From: an uncultured Chloroflexia bacterium | GTDB lineage: Bacteria; Chloroflexota; Limnocylindria; Limnocylindrales; CSP1-4 | DNA length: 64,000 nucleotides | Reading direction: 5' to 3' | NCBI GenBank assembly: GCA_963720755.1 | Contig: CAVRGP010000011.1 | Span: forward strand, 672,001-736,000 | Shown here: positions 1 through 9,750 of the stretch, piece by piece | How positions within the stretch are numbered: position 1 is the first letter of the stretch | How the letters are laid out: each line of letters begins with the position of its first letter | Notes under the pieces: model-generated | The model's input: the letters and a program-made list of their open reading frames with translations, nothing else | Database searches by the model: none | What the model was told of the DNA's origin: nothing | Made by a program: the position numbers and the translations under genes

Positions 1-210
1 CCCCAGCCGACGTCAGATCGATACGCCCTGCTGACGCGGTGTCCGAACCAGTCGGACTGCTACATCTACGTGGTCAGATCGGGTGACAACCTGTACAGCA
101 TCGCCCGCTACTTCGGGGTCCCGCTGGCCACCGTCAAGGCGATGAACCCGTGGACCCAGAACGGCCTGAGGGCCGGACGCGACCTGCAGATCCCGACCCC
201 GACGCGGTGA
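1..210 (+). CDS. LysM peptidoglycan-binding domain protein, 3' part (start lies outside the window)
   Basis: Frame 1 reads ...YIYVVRSGDNLYSIARYFGVPLATVKAMNPWTQNGLRAGRDLQIPTPTR*, a typical LysM pattern. Not listed in the ORF track. Confidence 0.85.
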   Translation, partial: PQPTSDRYALLTRCPNQSDCYIYVVRSGDNLYSIARYFGVPLATVKAMNPWTQNGLRAGRDLQIPTPTR

Positions 211-394
211 CGCACCCCCTCGCGGCGCCGGCTCGCTGAGCCCGGCGGGGCGACACCCGCCACCGATACGCCCCGCCCGGTCCTTCGGGTTTGCCTCGGT
301 TCGCCCCCAGGACGGACGGTCTCTGGCCGCATCGCCAGGACCCCGCGGCCCGGTCTCGCCCCACCTCGGTCCTGTCCTCGCCCACGTTTCCGCC

Positions 395-422
395 TTGACG
401 TGGCCGGTTCGGTCGCTAGAAT
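395..422 (+). promoter_or_regulatory. sigma70-type promoter of the dcw cluster
   Basis: TTGACG (395-400), 16 bp spacer, TAGAAT (417-422), upstream of mraZ. Confidence 0.7.
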
Positions 423-428
423 GCAGCG

Positions 429-456
429 AAGTGGCACAAAGTGGTGCGAAGTGGGG
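429..456 (+). promoter_or_regulatory. MraZ operator (three AAGTGG repeats at 10-bp period)
   Basis: GTGG at 431, 441 and 451, each preceded by AA, just downstream of the -10. Matches the known GTGG-N6 MraZ box. Confidence 0.8.
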
Positions 457-507
457 AATTCAGCCCCACCGGCCCGGAGCCCATTCAGACAGGGGTAGGC
501 CCGACTG

Positions 508-936
508 GTGTTCACCGGCGAGTACCGGCACACGGTGGACGACAAGGGACGCATCGCCGTCCCTGTGAAGTTCCGCGCCCAGCTCGACCCCGGTTCGATG
601 GTTTCGGGCTGGCTGGACGATTGCCTCGCGATCCACACAAAGGCCGGCTGGGAGGCGTTGTCCGAGAAGGTCGCGGCACTGCCGATCACGGACCCTCGAT
701 CTCGGAGCTTCCAGCGGTTCGTGTTCTCGACGGCGATCGATGCCCAGATGGACAAGCAGGGCCGGATCCTGCTGCCGGCCTACCTGCGCCACTCGGTCGG
801 GCTCGACAGCGAGGCCGTCCTCGTCGGCTCACGAGATCACGCGGAGATCTGGGCCCCGGATCGGTGGGACACCTACCGGCAGGCCCTGGACGACCCACAG
901 GAGTTGGCCAGGGCCTTCGAAGGCCTGGGGATCTAG
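508..936 (+). CDS. mraZ: Transcriptional regulator MraZ
   Basis: MFTGEYRHTVDDKGRIAVP and DKQGRILLP duplicated motifs; first gene of dcw. Confidence 0.97.
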   Translation: MFTGEYRHTVDDKGRIAVPVKFRAQLDPGSMVSGWLDDCLAIHTKAGWEALSEKVAALPITDPRSRSFQRFVFSTAIDAQMDKQGRILLPAYLRHSVGLDSEAVLVGSRDHAEIWAPDRWDTYRQALDDPQELARAFEGLGI

Positions 937-998
937 CTCCCGACCATATGCGCTTCCAGGGTCCGCTCGGGATCCGATTCGTCCGGGATGGAGGAGTG

Positions 999-1946
999 AT
1001 GTACGAAGGGCACCTGCCGGTGCTGGTGGAGGAGGTCCTCGAGATGCTCGCCCCTGCCCCGGGCAGCCTTCACATCGACGCCACTCTGGGCGGCGGTGGG
1101 CACGCCGAGCGGGTCCTGGAGGCCACCAATCCCGACGGTCGCCTCCTCGGCCTCGATGCCGATCCAGCGGCCATCGCCAGGGTCGGCGCCAGGCTCGGCG
1201 GCATCTACGGCGACCGCCTCGTCCCTCTCCGGGCCAATTTTCGCGAGCTCGCGACGGTGGCCCCGGCGGCCGGCTTCGGCGAGGTCGACGGCTGTCTGTT
1301 CGATCTGGGTCTGTCGAGTTTCCAGCTGGCCGACCGTGACCGCGGCTTTGGGTTTCGAACGGGTGGGCCGCTCGACATGCGCTTCGACGCGACGCAGGGC
1401 CTCCCGGCTGCCGAGCTGCTCGCCTCGCTCGATGCCACGGAACTGACCGCGCTGCTCCGTCGGTACGGCGAGGAGCCGAAGGCGCCACGGATCGCCCGGG
1501 CGATCGTGGACGCGCGCAGGACCGCGCCAGTGACGACGGCCGAGGAACTGGCCACGTTGGTCGAGCGGGTCGCGCCGCCCAATCCCCGGATCCGGCGCCG
1601 GACGCACCCGGCGACCCGCACCTTCCAGGCGTTGCGGATCGCCGTCAACGAGGAACTCGAGGCATTGGAGGCGGGCCTGGCCGCGGCGGTCGACCTCCTG
1701 CATCCAGGTGGCCGGCTGGTCGTTCTGAGCTACCACTCGCTCGAGGACCGGATCGTCAAACGATTCTTCCAGGCCGAACGCCGCGGTTGCGTCTGCCCGA
1801 AGGAGGTCCCCGTGTGCGTGTGTGGACGGAACCCACGGCTCCGCCTGGTGTCCGACCCGTCAGTGACGCCGACTGCGGCCGAGATCGCCGCCAATCCACG
1901 AGCTCGGAGCGCCCGACTGCGGGCCGCCGAGCGTGTCGCAGCCTAG
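999..1946 (+). CDS. rsmH: 16S rRNA m4C1402 methyltransferase RsmH
   Basis: HLPVL, DATLGGGGH, DLGLSSFQL, PLDMR, ALRIAVNEEL, YHSLEDRIVK and NPRARSARLR motifs. Start at ATG 999 after GGAGG (alternative 948). Confidence 0.96.
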   Translation: MYEGHLPVLVEEVLEMLAPAPGSLHIDATLGGGGHAERVLEATNPDGRLLGLDADPAAIARVGARLGGIYGDRLVPLRANFRELATVAPAAGFGEVDGCLFDLGLSSFQLADRDRGFGFRTGGPLDMRFDATQGLPAAELLASLDATELTALLRRYGEEPKAPRIARAIVDARRTAPVTTAEELATLVERVAPPNPRIRRRTHPATRTFQALRIAVNEELEALEAGLAAAVDLLHPGGRLVVLSYHSLEDRIVKRFFQAERRGCVCPKEVPVCVCGRNPRLRLVSDPSVTPTAAEIAANPRARSARLRAAERVAA

Positions 1947-1969
1947 CCCCGTTCGGGAGGAGGGACCGC

Positions 1970-2167
1970 ATGAGCAAGCGTCACCAGGCCAGTCGGCGCA
2001 AGACCTACGGCCGTCGTCAGCACGAGGTGCGGGAGCGACAGGATCGTGACCAGCACAGCGAAGGGTTCGAGTTCGATCTGGTCGATCGTGAACCGGCCAG
2101 TCAAGCCGACCCGCTGGGGTTCCTCGACCCGCGCAGCCCTCGCGTGCGCTTCGTGTTGGGCGACTGA
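1970..2167 (+). CDS. Small hypothetical protein (65 aa) inside the dcw cluster
   Basis: Strong RBS GGAGGAGG before ATG 1970. Fills the rsmH-ftsL gap and stops 3 nt before ftsL. Confidence 0.7.
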   Translation: MSKRHQASRRKTYGRRQHEVRERQDRDQHSEGFEFDLVDREPASQADPLGFLDPRSPRVRFVLGD

Positions 2168-2170
2168 GAC

Positions 2171-2551
2171 GTGGCTGTCTACGAGGGTGCGCGGCCCAGG
2201 ACGATCTCGATCCCGGGGCCTTCGCGGGTCGCCGGCGGGCGGACCCTGGATCGCCGGCGAGCACGGACCGCGGTCCGTGCCGGACGTGGGACCAGCCGGC
2301 TCGGGATCGTCCTCGGGGCGATCGTGGTGGCGTTCATGCTCGCGTTCTTCTCGCTGGCGCAACAGGTCCAGGTATCGGCCACCGGGTTGGACATCGGACG
2401 GCTGGAACTGGAGCGACAGAGCCTCGACGACACGGCCAGCGAGCTGACCTCCGATCTCAACCGACTCGGCCGCGAGCCCGCCATCCGAAAGCAGGCCATC
2501 GACGCCGGCCTCGGGCAACTGTCCGCCCCGATCGTCCTCCCGGCCCGGTAG
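2171..2551 (+). CDS. ftsL: Cell division protein FtsL-like
   Basis: Single TM segment followed by a coiled coil and IRKQAIDAGL; canonical position before ftsI. Confidence 0.8.
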   Translation: MAVYEGARPRTISIPGPSRVAGGRTLDRRRARTAVRAGRGTSRLGIVLGAIVVAFMLAFFSLAQQVQVSATGLDIGRLELERQSLDDTASELTSDLNRLGREPAIRKQAIDAGLGQLSAPIVLPAR

Positions 2552-2566
2552 CGGATCGCGCGACTG

Positions 2567-4405
2567 ATGCTGGGCCGAACCGATTCGCGCCGCCGGCTCC
2601 TCGTCCTGATGGCGGTGTTCGTCGTCGGATCGACGGCCCTGATGGCCCGACTCGCGTACTGGCAGGTCATCGACCAGGAAAAGCTGGCGTCAGAGGCGCT
2701 CGGGCAGATCACGATCACGATCTCGACGCCGACGAAGCGTGGTGACATCTTCGATCGGTCGGGGACCGTCGTCCTGGCGACGACCGTCCAGCGCGAACGG
2801 CTGGTCGGCAGCCCCGACAAGCTGACACCCGATGAACGCCGGTCGACGGTCGCGGCGCTGACGACGATCCTCCAACTCGATGACGCCGAGGCGCTCGCCA
2901 TCCGGGACAAGCTGACTGGAAGTGCCAAGTACGTGATCCTGCGGCACGGTCTGGACCAGGCGACCGGCGACCGGATCCAGGCGGCCATCGATGCAAGGAA
3001 GGACGTCTTCGGGTTGTCGCTTGAGCCTGAGCCCGAGCGCGTCTATCCGCAGGGGGGCGGGGGACCGGGTTCCACCCTGGCCGCACAGCTCCTCGGCTTC
3101 GTCAATCGGGACGGGTCCGGTCAGTACGGCGTCGAACAGGAGTATCAGACCACCCTCGCCGGAGAGCCCAGGGAGGTCATCGCCGAGCGGGACTCGAGCG
3201 GGCAGCCGTTGCTCGACGGGGCGACGACCAGTCAGGTCGGCCAGCCGGGAACGGATCTGACCCTGACCATCGACGCGGGTCTTCAGTTGCGGATCGAACA
3301 GGAACTGCTCGCCGCATGGGTCGCCGACAGGGCCAAGAGCGCATCGGCCGTCGTGATGGACCCGTACACGGGCGAGGTCTACGCATCGGCGACGTACCCG
3401 TCCTATGACGCCAACGACTACAAGCAGATCGCGTCGGACGACCCATCGCGGTTCATCGATCCGATCGTGTCGGCCGTCTACGAGCCAGGCTCCGTCTTCA
3501 AGATGATGACCGCGGCCGCGGCACTCACCAAGGGGACCGTGACCACGACGACGCAGATCAAGGACACCGGGACGCTCCGCCTCGATGGCGGCCGGACGAA
3601 GATCGACGATGCCGACCACAAGCCGATGGGCTGGATGACGTTCGAGGACGGGATCGCCTTCTCCCGGAACGTGGTGGCGGCCAAGGTCGCTCTCGGTCTC
3701 GGCCCGACGACCCGCCAGTCCTCCGCCACGCTGTACGACATGTGGACACGTCTCGGGTTCGGCCAGCCGACCGGGATCGACGTCGCTGGTGAGGTCGGCG
3801 GGATCATGCGCGATCCGGCCATCACGCCGTGGCGCGAGATCGACCTGGCCAACGGCGCGTTCGGCCAGGGCGTCGCGGTCACACCGATCCAGCTTGCGAT
3901 GGCCTATGCGTCGCTGACCAACGGTGGGACGTTGGTCCAACCGCATGTCGTCAAGGCGGTGGGCGACAACGATGTCGAAGTCACGCCGCGGGCGCAGGGC
4001 GTCGTGGATCCGAAGACGTCGGCCACCCTGGTCCACATGATGCAGCACGTCATCTCTGCAGTTCCGTTCTACCGGGACCGGACGACGGTGCGTGGCTACG
4101 ACGTCGGCGGCAAGACCGGCACGGCGCAGATCTGGGACCCGACGGCCAGGGGCGGTCGCGGTGCCTGGAAGAAGAATCTGTTCAATTACTCGTTCGTCGG
4201 CTACATCGGTCGCCAGGCGGGTGTCCCCGACCTGATCGTGGCGATCCAGATCGAGGAGGGCAAGCCGACCGTCGCGCGGCTCGGCCACCTGGAGATGCCG
4301 GTCATGTCGTTCGAGTTGTTTCGCCGGATCGCCACCGACAGCATGAGCACGACCGACCTGCTCCCGGATCGATCGATGACTGTGGCTGCGGCCGCCGACC
4401 GGTGA
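2567..4405 (+). CDS. ftsI: Class B penicillin-binding protein (FtsI/PBP3)
   Basis: RGDIFDR, EPGSVFK (SxxK), SRN (SxN) and KTGT motifs; N-terminal TM. Confidence 0.93.
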   Translation: MLGRTDSRRRLLVLMAVFVVGSTALMARLAYWQVIDQEKLASEALGQITITISTPTKRGDIFDRSGTVVLATTVQRERLVGSPDKLTPDERRSTVAALTTILQLDDAEALAIRDKLTGSAKYVILRHGLDQATGDRIQAAIDARKDVFGLSLEPEPERVYPQGGGGPGSTLAAQLLGFVNRDGSGQYGVEQEYQTTLAGEPREVIAERDSSGQPLLDGATTSQVGQPGTDLTLTIDAGLQLRIEQELLAAWVADRAKSASAVVMDPYTGEVYASATYPSYDANDYKQIASDDPSRFIDPIVSAVYEPGSVFKMMTAAAALTKGTVTTTTQIKDTGTLRLDGGRTKIDDADHKPMGWMTFEDGIAFSRNVVAAKVALGLGPTTRQSSATLYDMWTRLGFGQPTGIDVAGEVGGIMRDPAITPWREIDLANGAFGQGVAVTPIQLAMAYASLTNGGTLVQPHVVKAVGDNDVEVTPRAQGVVDPKTSATLVHMMQHVISAVPFYRDRTTVRGYDVGGKTGTAQIWDPTARGGRGAWKKNLFNYSFVGYIGRQAGVPDLIVAIQIEEGKPTVARLGHLEMPVMSFELFRRIATDSMSTTDLLPDRSMTVAAAADR

Positions 4406-4431
4406 CGGCAGGCTATGCGACACTCCCGCCA

Positions 4432-5871
4432 GTGACCGACGTCGATCCGCTCCGTGCGGGTCCTGGGGATGCCCCCGAGGCCGCCCTCACGGCCGAGGAA
4501 CTCGCCCGCCTGTCCGGTGGACGCCTCCTGGTCAGGTCCGACCGACCCATCCGCGGCGCGGCCGCCGACTCCCGACTGGTCATGCCCGACAACCTGTTCG
4601 TCGCCCTGCCCGGCGCCCGGACCGACGGGCATGCGTTCATCGGCGAGGCCGTTGCGAGGGGCGCCGCCGCCGTGCTGGTCACGCGACCACTCGGCGTGGA
4701 TGCCGACCTTGGCGATGTGACGGTCGTTCGCGTGGCCGATCCGGTGGCGGCTCTCGGCGCGGTCGCGGCCGGTTGGCGAGCTCGCTTCTCGCCACTCGTC
4801 GTCGGCGTCACGGGCAGCATCGCCAAGACGTCGACCAAGGAAGCCGCTGCGGCCGCGCTGGCCGGTCGCTTTCGGACCCTTCGCACTGAAGGCAACCAGA
4901 ACAACGAGATCGGCTTGCCACTGACCCTGCTGCGGCTTCGGGCCGAGCATGGGGCGGCGGTCCTTGAGATGGGGATGTATGTCGGTGGTGAGATCGCCGA
5001 TCTGGCGGCCATGGCGCGGCCGTCGATCGGTGTCGTGACAGCGGTCCAGCCGGTCCACCTGTCCAGGATCGGGTCCCTCGAGGCGATCGAGGCGGCCAAG
5101 GGCGAATTGCTGGAAGCGCTGCCCCGGGAGGGGACGGCCGTCCTCAACGCGGACGACCCGATCGTCCGGCGGATGGGGGAGCGGACGGTCGCCCGGGTCG
5201 TCACCTACGGTCTGGCCCCCGGTGCCGACGTCACAGCGGTATCGATCGAGTCGGCCGGACTCGACGGGATGCGCTTCACGGCCCAGGCGAATGGCGCCCG
5301 GTATCCGTTCACGATCCCGACCCTCGGACGGCTGTCCGTCCACAACGCCCTGGCTGCGCTCGCGGTCGGTTTGGCCGCCGGTCTCTCGCTCGAGGAGATG
5401 GCTCCTCCTCTCGCGTCCGGCTGGGCCGCCCCGAACCGGGTCGAGGCTGTGCGTGTGGGTGGGGTCGTCCTGATCGATGACACCTATAACGCATCGCCAC
5501 GGTCCATGGTCGCGGCCCTTGACCTGCTGGCGGGGTTGCCGGGTCGTCGGGTCGCGGTCCTCGGCGAGATGCTGGAGCTCGGAGAGGCCAGCGAAGACGG
5601 CCACCGTGTCGTCGGCGAGGCGGCCGCCCGGGTGGTGGACTGGCTGGTCGTCGTCGGGCCCGGAGCGTCCGGGATCGCGGATGGTGCCGAGGCGGCCGGG
5701 CTGGACAGCGCGAAGATCCTCCGGGTGGATGACCCGGACGTCGCCGTCGAGACGATCGCTGCCCGGCTCCGCGATCGGGATGTCGTGCTCCTCAAGGCGT
5801 CACGCGGTATCGCCCTCGACCGACTCGTTGACGACCTGTACCGCGAACTCGGCGATGGGACCGCTCGATGA
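4432..5871 (+). CDS. murF: UDP-MurNAc-tripeptide--D-Ala-D-Ala ligase
   Basis: GVTGSIAKTSTKE, NNEIGLP, EMGM, DDTYNASP and LLKASRG motifs. Start GTG 4432 (alternative 4402). Confidence 0.93.
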   Translation: MTDVDPLRAGPGDAPEAALTAEELARLSGGRLLVRSDRPIRGAAADSRLVMPDNLFVALPGARTDGHAFIGEAVARGAAAVLVTRPLGVDADLGDVTVVRVADPVAALGAVAAGWRARFSPLVVGVTGSIAKTSTKEAAAAALAGRFRTLRTEGNQNNEIGLPLTLLRLRAEHGAAVLEMGMYVGGEIADLAAMARPSIGVVTAVQPVHLSRIGSLEAIEAAKGELLEALPREGTAVLNADDPIVRRMGERTVARVVTYGLAPGADVTAVSIESAGLDGMRFTAQANGARYPFTIPTLGRLSVHNALAALAVGLAAGLSLEEMAPPLASGWAAPNRVEAVRVGGVVLIDDTYNASPRSMVAALDLLAGLPGRRVAVLGEMLELGEASEDGHRVVGEAAARVVDWLVVVGPGASGIADGAEAAGLDSAKILRVDDPDVAVETIAARLRDRDVVLLKASRGIALDRLVDDLYRELGDGTAR

Positions 5872-6863
5872 CCAACAACCTCGCCCAGGTCGAATTGATC
5901 CAGGGTCTCCTTCTGGCGTTCGCCCTGATGGTCATCCTGATGTCGCCCTACATCCGGTTGCTTCATGCCCTCGGCTTCGGGAAACGGATCCGCCAGGAAG
6001 GGCCGGAAAGCCACTACATCAAGGAAGGCACGCCGACGATGGGCGGGCTGCTCATCGTCGCGGTGGTGATCGGGATCTACTTCTTCCTGCGACCCGGGCC
6101 TGACGCCTCGACGTTCGCGCCGCTGGCCGCCTTGGCCGGGGTCGGCCTGCTGGGGGCGTTCGACGACTACCTGAATGCACGGACCGGCGAGGGGATCCGG
6201 GCGCGCCAGAAGCTCATCTGGCTCACCGTCGTGGCGTTCGTGGCCGCCTGGCAGATCCAGGACACGTACGACATCACGGCCATCGCCGTGCCGTTCGTCG
6301 GTGCGGTCAGCATCGATCCTCGCGTCTACGTGATCTTCGCGGCCTTTGCCATCATCGCCGCCGCGAACGGGGTCAATATCACCGACGGCCTCGACGGCCT
6401 GTCCGGTGGCACGCTTGCCATCGCCTACGTCGCCTACATGCTCATCGCCCTGTTCAACGCTCCGTTCGCCCAACCGAACCTTGCCCTGCTGTGCGCCCTG
6501 ATCATCGGCGCGCTTCTCGGTTTCCTGTGGTTCAACGTCCACCCGGCCCAGATCTTCATCGGGGATTCGGGCGCCCTGTCGCTCGGGGCGACGCTGGCGG
6601 TCACGGCACTCATCACCGGCCAGATCCTGGTCCTCCCGCTGATCGGGATCATCTTCGTCATCGAAACCGCGTCGGTCATCCTCCAGGTCAGCTACTACAA
6701 GATGTCGGGCGGCAAGCGGCTGTTCCGGATGAGTCCGATCCACCACCACTTCGAGCTCGGTGGGTGGCACGAGGAGAAGATCACGATCCGGTTCTGGATC
6801 GTCGGGATCCTGGCGGCGCTGCTCGGCGTGACGTTGTTCCTCGCCTCGTTGGATCGGTTGTAG
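5868..6863 (+). CDS. mraY: Phospho-MurNAc-pentapeptide transferase
   Basis: KEGTPTMGG, DDY, NITDGLDGL, FIGDSG and PIHHHFEL motifs; multiple TM segments. Confidence 0.97.
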   Translation: MTNNLAQVELIQGLLLAFALMVILMSPYIRLLHALGFGKRIRQEGPESHYIKEGTPTMGGLLIVAVVIGIYFFLRPGPDASTFAPLAALAGVGLLGAFDDYLNARTGEGIRARQKLIWLTVVAFVAAWQIQDTYDITAIAVPFVGAVSIDPRVYVIFAAFAIIAAANGVNITDGLDGLSGGTLAIAYVAYMLIALFNAPFAQPNLALLCALIIGALLGFLWFNVHPAQIFIGDSGALSLGATLAVTALITGQILVLPLIGIIFVIETASVILQVSYYKMSGGKRLFRMSPIHHHFELGGWHEEKITIRFWIVGILAALLGVTLFLASLDRL

Positions 6864-6871
6864 TGGCGCCG

Positions 6872-8443
6872 ATGGCGACCCATGCGTCGATCGATCTCGA
6901 CCACCTCGGGCTCGACGAGATCCGGGCTGGCATCCTGCGCGATCGACCGGTCACCGTGCTCGGCCTCGCCCGGAGCGGGATCGCCCTGGCCCGGTTCTTC
7001 GCCGATGCCGGAGCGAGGGTGACCGTGTATGACGGCCGGTCCGCGACGGCGCTCGAGGGAGGGATCGCCGGCGTCGGCGATCGGCCGGTCACGCTGCGAC
7101 TCGGTCCGGACGTCGAGCCCGCATCGACCTGGGCGGACGCCGAACTCGTGGCGACGTCCCCATCGATCACACCCGACCACCCCACGACCGAACCACGCCT
7201 TCGGGCGGCTCTGCTGGACCTGGTGGCGGCCCGCCAGCGCGGCGATCCAGGTGCGCCCGCCCTGGTGTCCGAGGCCGATCTTTTCCTGCGGCTGTGTCCT
7301 GCTCCGACCATCGGGGTCACCGGGACCAAGGGCAAGACGACCACGTCATCGCTGATCGCGGCGATCCTGGCGACCGACGCGGGCCATCCGGTGGTCCTCG
7401 GCGGGAACATCGGGCTCCCGCTGGTCGACCAGCTGATCTCGCTCACCCCGGACCATCGAGTCGTCGATGAGCTGTCCGAGCTCCAGCTGCCGACCCTGTC
7501 GCGCGGCACGACGGTGGCCGTGTACACGAACGTCACGTCGGACCACCTCGATCGACACGGGACGCTCGAAGCGTATCGCCAGGTCAAACGACGCCTCGCC
7601 GAACTCGTCGATCCGAACGGGGCACTCGTCCTCAACCTGGACGATCCGGTCGTGGCGTCCTACACCCGGGCCGGGACGGCGAGGTTCGTCCCATATCGCC
7701 GGACCACGCCGCCGGTCGGGGGCCTCGGGGTCGTCGATGGCTGGATCGTCGCCGATCGCGTGGCGCGGCTCGACCTGGCCGGCGGTGGGGTCGCCCCGAT
7801 CGGCGCCGACGATCGGATCCTGCCGGTCGGTGAGCTCACGATCCCGGGCGACCACAACGTGTCGAATGCGCTGGCCGCGGTCGCGACGGGATTGCTCTTC
7901 GGGATCGGGCCGGATGCCATCCGGGCGGCGGTCAAGGCCTTCGGCGGTGTCGAGCATCGACTCGAGATCGTCGCCCTCGTCGACGGCGTGCGGTTCGTCA
8001 ACGACTCGCAGGGCACCCAGCCGGACGCGGTCGCGGCCGCCCTGCGAGCGTTCGATCCTCCGGTCGTGCTCATCGCCGGCGGCCGCGACAAGGGGATCGA
8101 CCTGACCGACCTTGCCCCGGTCGTGGCCGAGCGAGCCGCCGCCGCTGTCCTCATCGGCGAGAGTGGCCCGACGCTCGAGGCGGCGTTCCGGGAAGCGGGC
8201 CTCGCCCGGACTGAGCGCGCGGCCGACCTGGAGACGGCCGTCCGGCGTGCCGAGTCCATCGCGCGTGAAGCGCTCGGCGGATCGGGGGCCGGGTCCGGAC
8301 CGGTCCCCGTCGAGGCCACTGTCCTGTTGAGTCCGGCGGCGGCCAGCTTCGACATGTTCGAGGATTACGCAGCCCGCGGACGGGCATTCAGGGCGGTCGT
8401 CCAGGCGATCGCGGCCGAACGAGTGGGAGGACGCGACCGATGA
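6872..8443 (+). CDS. murD: UDP-MurNAc-L-Ala--D-Glu ligase
   Basis: GLARSG, GVTGTKGKTTT, GGNIG, DHLDRH, EHRLE, NDS and LLSPAAASFDMF motifs. Confidence 0.95.
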   Translation: MATHASIDLDHLGLDEIRAGILRDRPVTVLGLARSGIALARFFADAGARVTVYDGRSATALEGGIAGVGDRPVTLRLGPDVEPASTWADAELVATSPSITPDHPTTEPRLRAALLDLVAARQRGDPGAPALVSEADLFLRLCPAPTIGVTGTKGKTTTSSLIAAILATDAGHPVVLGGNIGLPLVDQLISLTPDHRVVDELSELQLPTLSRGTTVAVYTNVTSDHLDRHGTLEAYRQVKRRLAELVDPNGALVLNLDDPVVASYTRAGTARFVPYRRTTPPVGGLGVVDGWIVADRVARLDLAGGGVAPIGADDRILPVGELTIPGDHNVSNALAAVATGLLFGIGPDAIRAAVKAFGGVEHRLEIVALVDGVRFVNDSQGTQPDAVAAALRAFDPPVVLIAGGRDKGIDLTDLAPVVAERAAAAVLIGESGPTLEAAFREAGLARTERAADLETAVRRAESIAREALGGSGAGSGPVPVEATVLLSPAAASFDMFEDYAARGRAFRAVVQAIAAERVGGRDR

Positions 8444-9750
8444 ACCTGGCGCCCCCGATCCCGCGCCTGGAGCGTCCGCGACGCGATCCTGCCGGAGGCT
8501 CCCAGACGGACCGGACGACGAGCAACCGAACGCCGGCCAAGAGTCGCGCCGGTGCGCTCCGGCGCGAGCGTCACCAGGCCGACTACGTGATCATCGTGGT
8601 GGTCGTCGCTCTGACCGCGATCGGCATCCTGATGGTCTACTCGTCATCGGCCATCAACGGCTATCTGAAGGATGCAGATACCTTCGCGACGGTCGGGCCC
8701 CAGATCCAGTGGGCATTGCTCGGACTCGTCGCGATGGCGGTCATGATGCGGGTGGACTACCGCTACCTCCGATTGGTCTCGGTGCCGTTCTATCTGTTCG
8801 CCATCGGCTTGCTCGCCCTCGTCTTCGTGCCCGGTTTCAATCGGGTCGTCGGGGGCTCGGCCCGGTGGCTGCTCATCGGGCCACTACCGGCGATCCACCC
8901 GGCCGAGATCGCGAAGCTGGCATTGGTCATCTACCTGGCGCACTGGTTCGCCAAGCGCGGTACCCGGATCCACGGCTTCTGGAGCGGCACGGTCCCATTC
9001 CTCATCATCCTGCTGCCGATCGTCGCGCTGGTCTTCAAGGAGCCCGACCTGGGCACGACCATGGTCATCGGCTTGACCGCGTTCACCATGTTCTTCGCCG
9101 CCGGGGCGAATCTCGTCCATCTCGCCGTCATGGCTGCCGGGGTCGGATTGGCGATGATCACGGTCGGTCTGCGTGGCTACCAACTCGATCGGATCCGCGT
9201 CTGGCAGGATCCGTGGCTGGATCGACTGGGCGACGGCTTCCAGACCGTCCAGGGTCTCCTCGCCCTCGGCCTCGGCGGCTTCTTCGGGACCGGGTTGGGT
9301 GCGAGCAAGGTCGCGGTCCCGAATGCATTCAACGACTTCATCTTCGCGGAGGTCGGCCAGGAGTTCGGGATGATCGGCGCGATCGTCGTGATCACCCTGT
9401 TCCTGCTGCTCGCCTACTCGGGGGTTCGGATCGCCCTCGCCGCGCCCGATACCTTCGGGGCCCTCCTCGCGGTCGGCATCACCGCCTGGCTGTGTCTCCA
9501 GGCATTCATCAATATCGGGGTGGTCGTGGCGCTGCTGCCGATCACCGGGATCACGCTGCCATTCATCAGTGCCGGCGGCTCATCCCTCATCATCAGCTTT
9601 GCAGCGATCGGGATCTTGCTCTCGATCTCGCGCGAGACCGTGGAAAAGGGGACGTGGAACGACGATGCGATTGCTGATCGCGGCCGGGGGCACGGGCGGG
9701 CACATCTATCCGGCGCTCGCCGTGGCCCGATCGCTCAGCGCGACGTCTGA
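8440..9750 (+). CDS. ftsW: SEDS glycosyltransferase FtsW
   Basis: GSARW, PAEIAK, EPDLGT, DFIFA..EFG and GITLPFISAGGSS motifs. Confidence 0.95.
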   Translation: MNLAPPIPRLERPRRDPAGGSQTDRTTSNRTPAKSRAGALRRERHQADYVIIVVVVALTAIGILMVYSSSAINGYLKDADTFATVGPQIQWALLGLVAMAVMMRVDYRYLRLVSVPFYLFAIGLLALVFVPGFNRVVGGSARWLLIGPLPAIHPAEIAKLALVIYLAHWFAKRGTRIHGFWSGTVPFLIILLPIVALVFKEPDLGTTMVIGLTAFTMFFAAGANLVHLAVMAAGVGLAMITVGLRGYQLDRIRVWQDPWLDRLGDGFQTVQGLLALGLGGFFGTGLGASKVAVPNAFNDFIFAEVGQEFGMIGAIVVITLFLLLAYSGVRIALAAPDTFGALLAVGITAWLCLQAFINIGVVVALLPITGITLPFISAGGSSLIISFAAIGILLSISRETVEKGTWNDDAIADRGRGHGRAHLSGARRGPIAQRDV

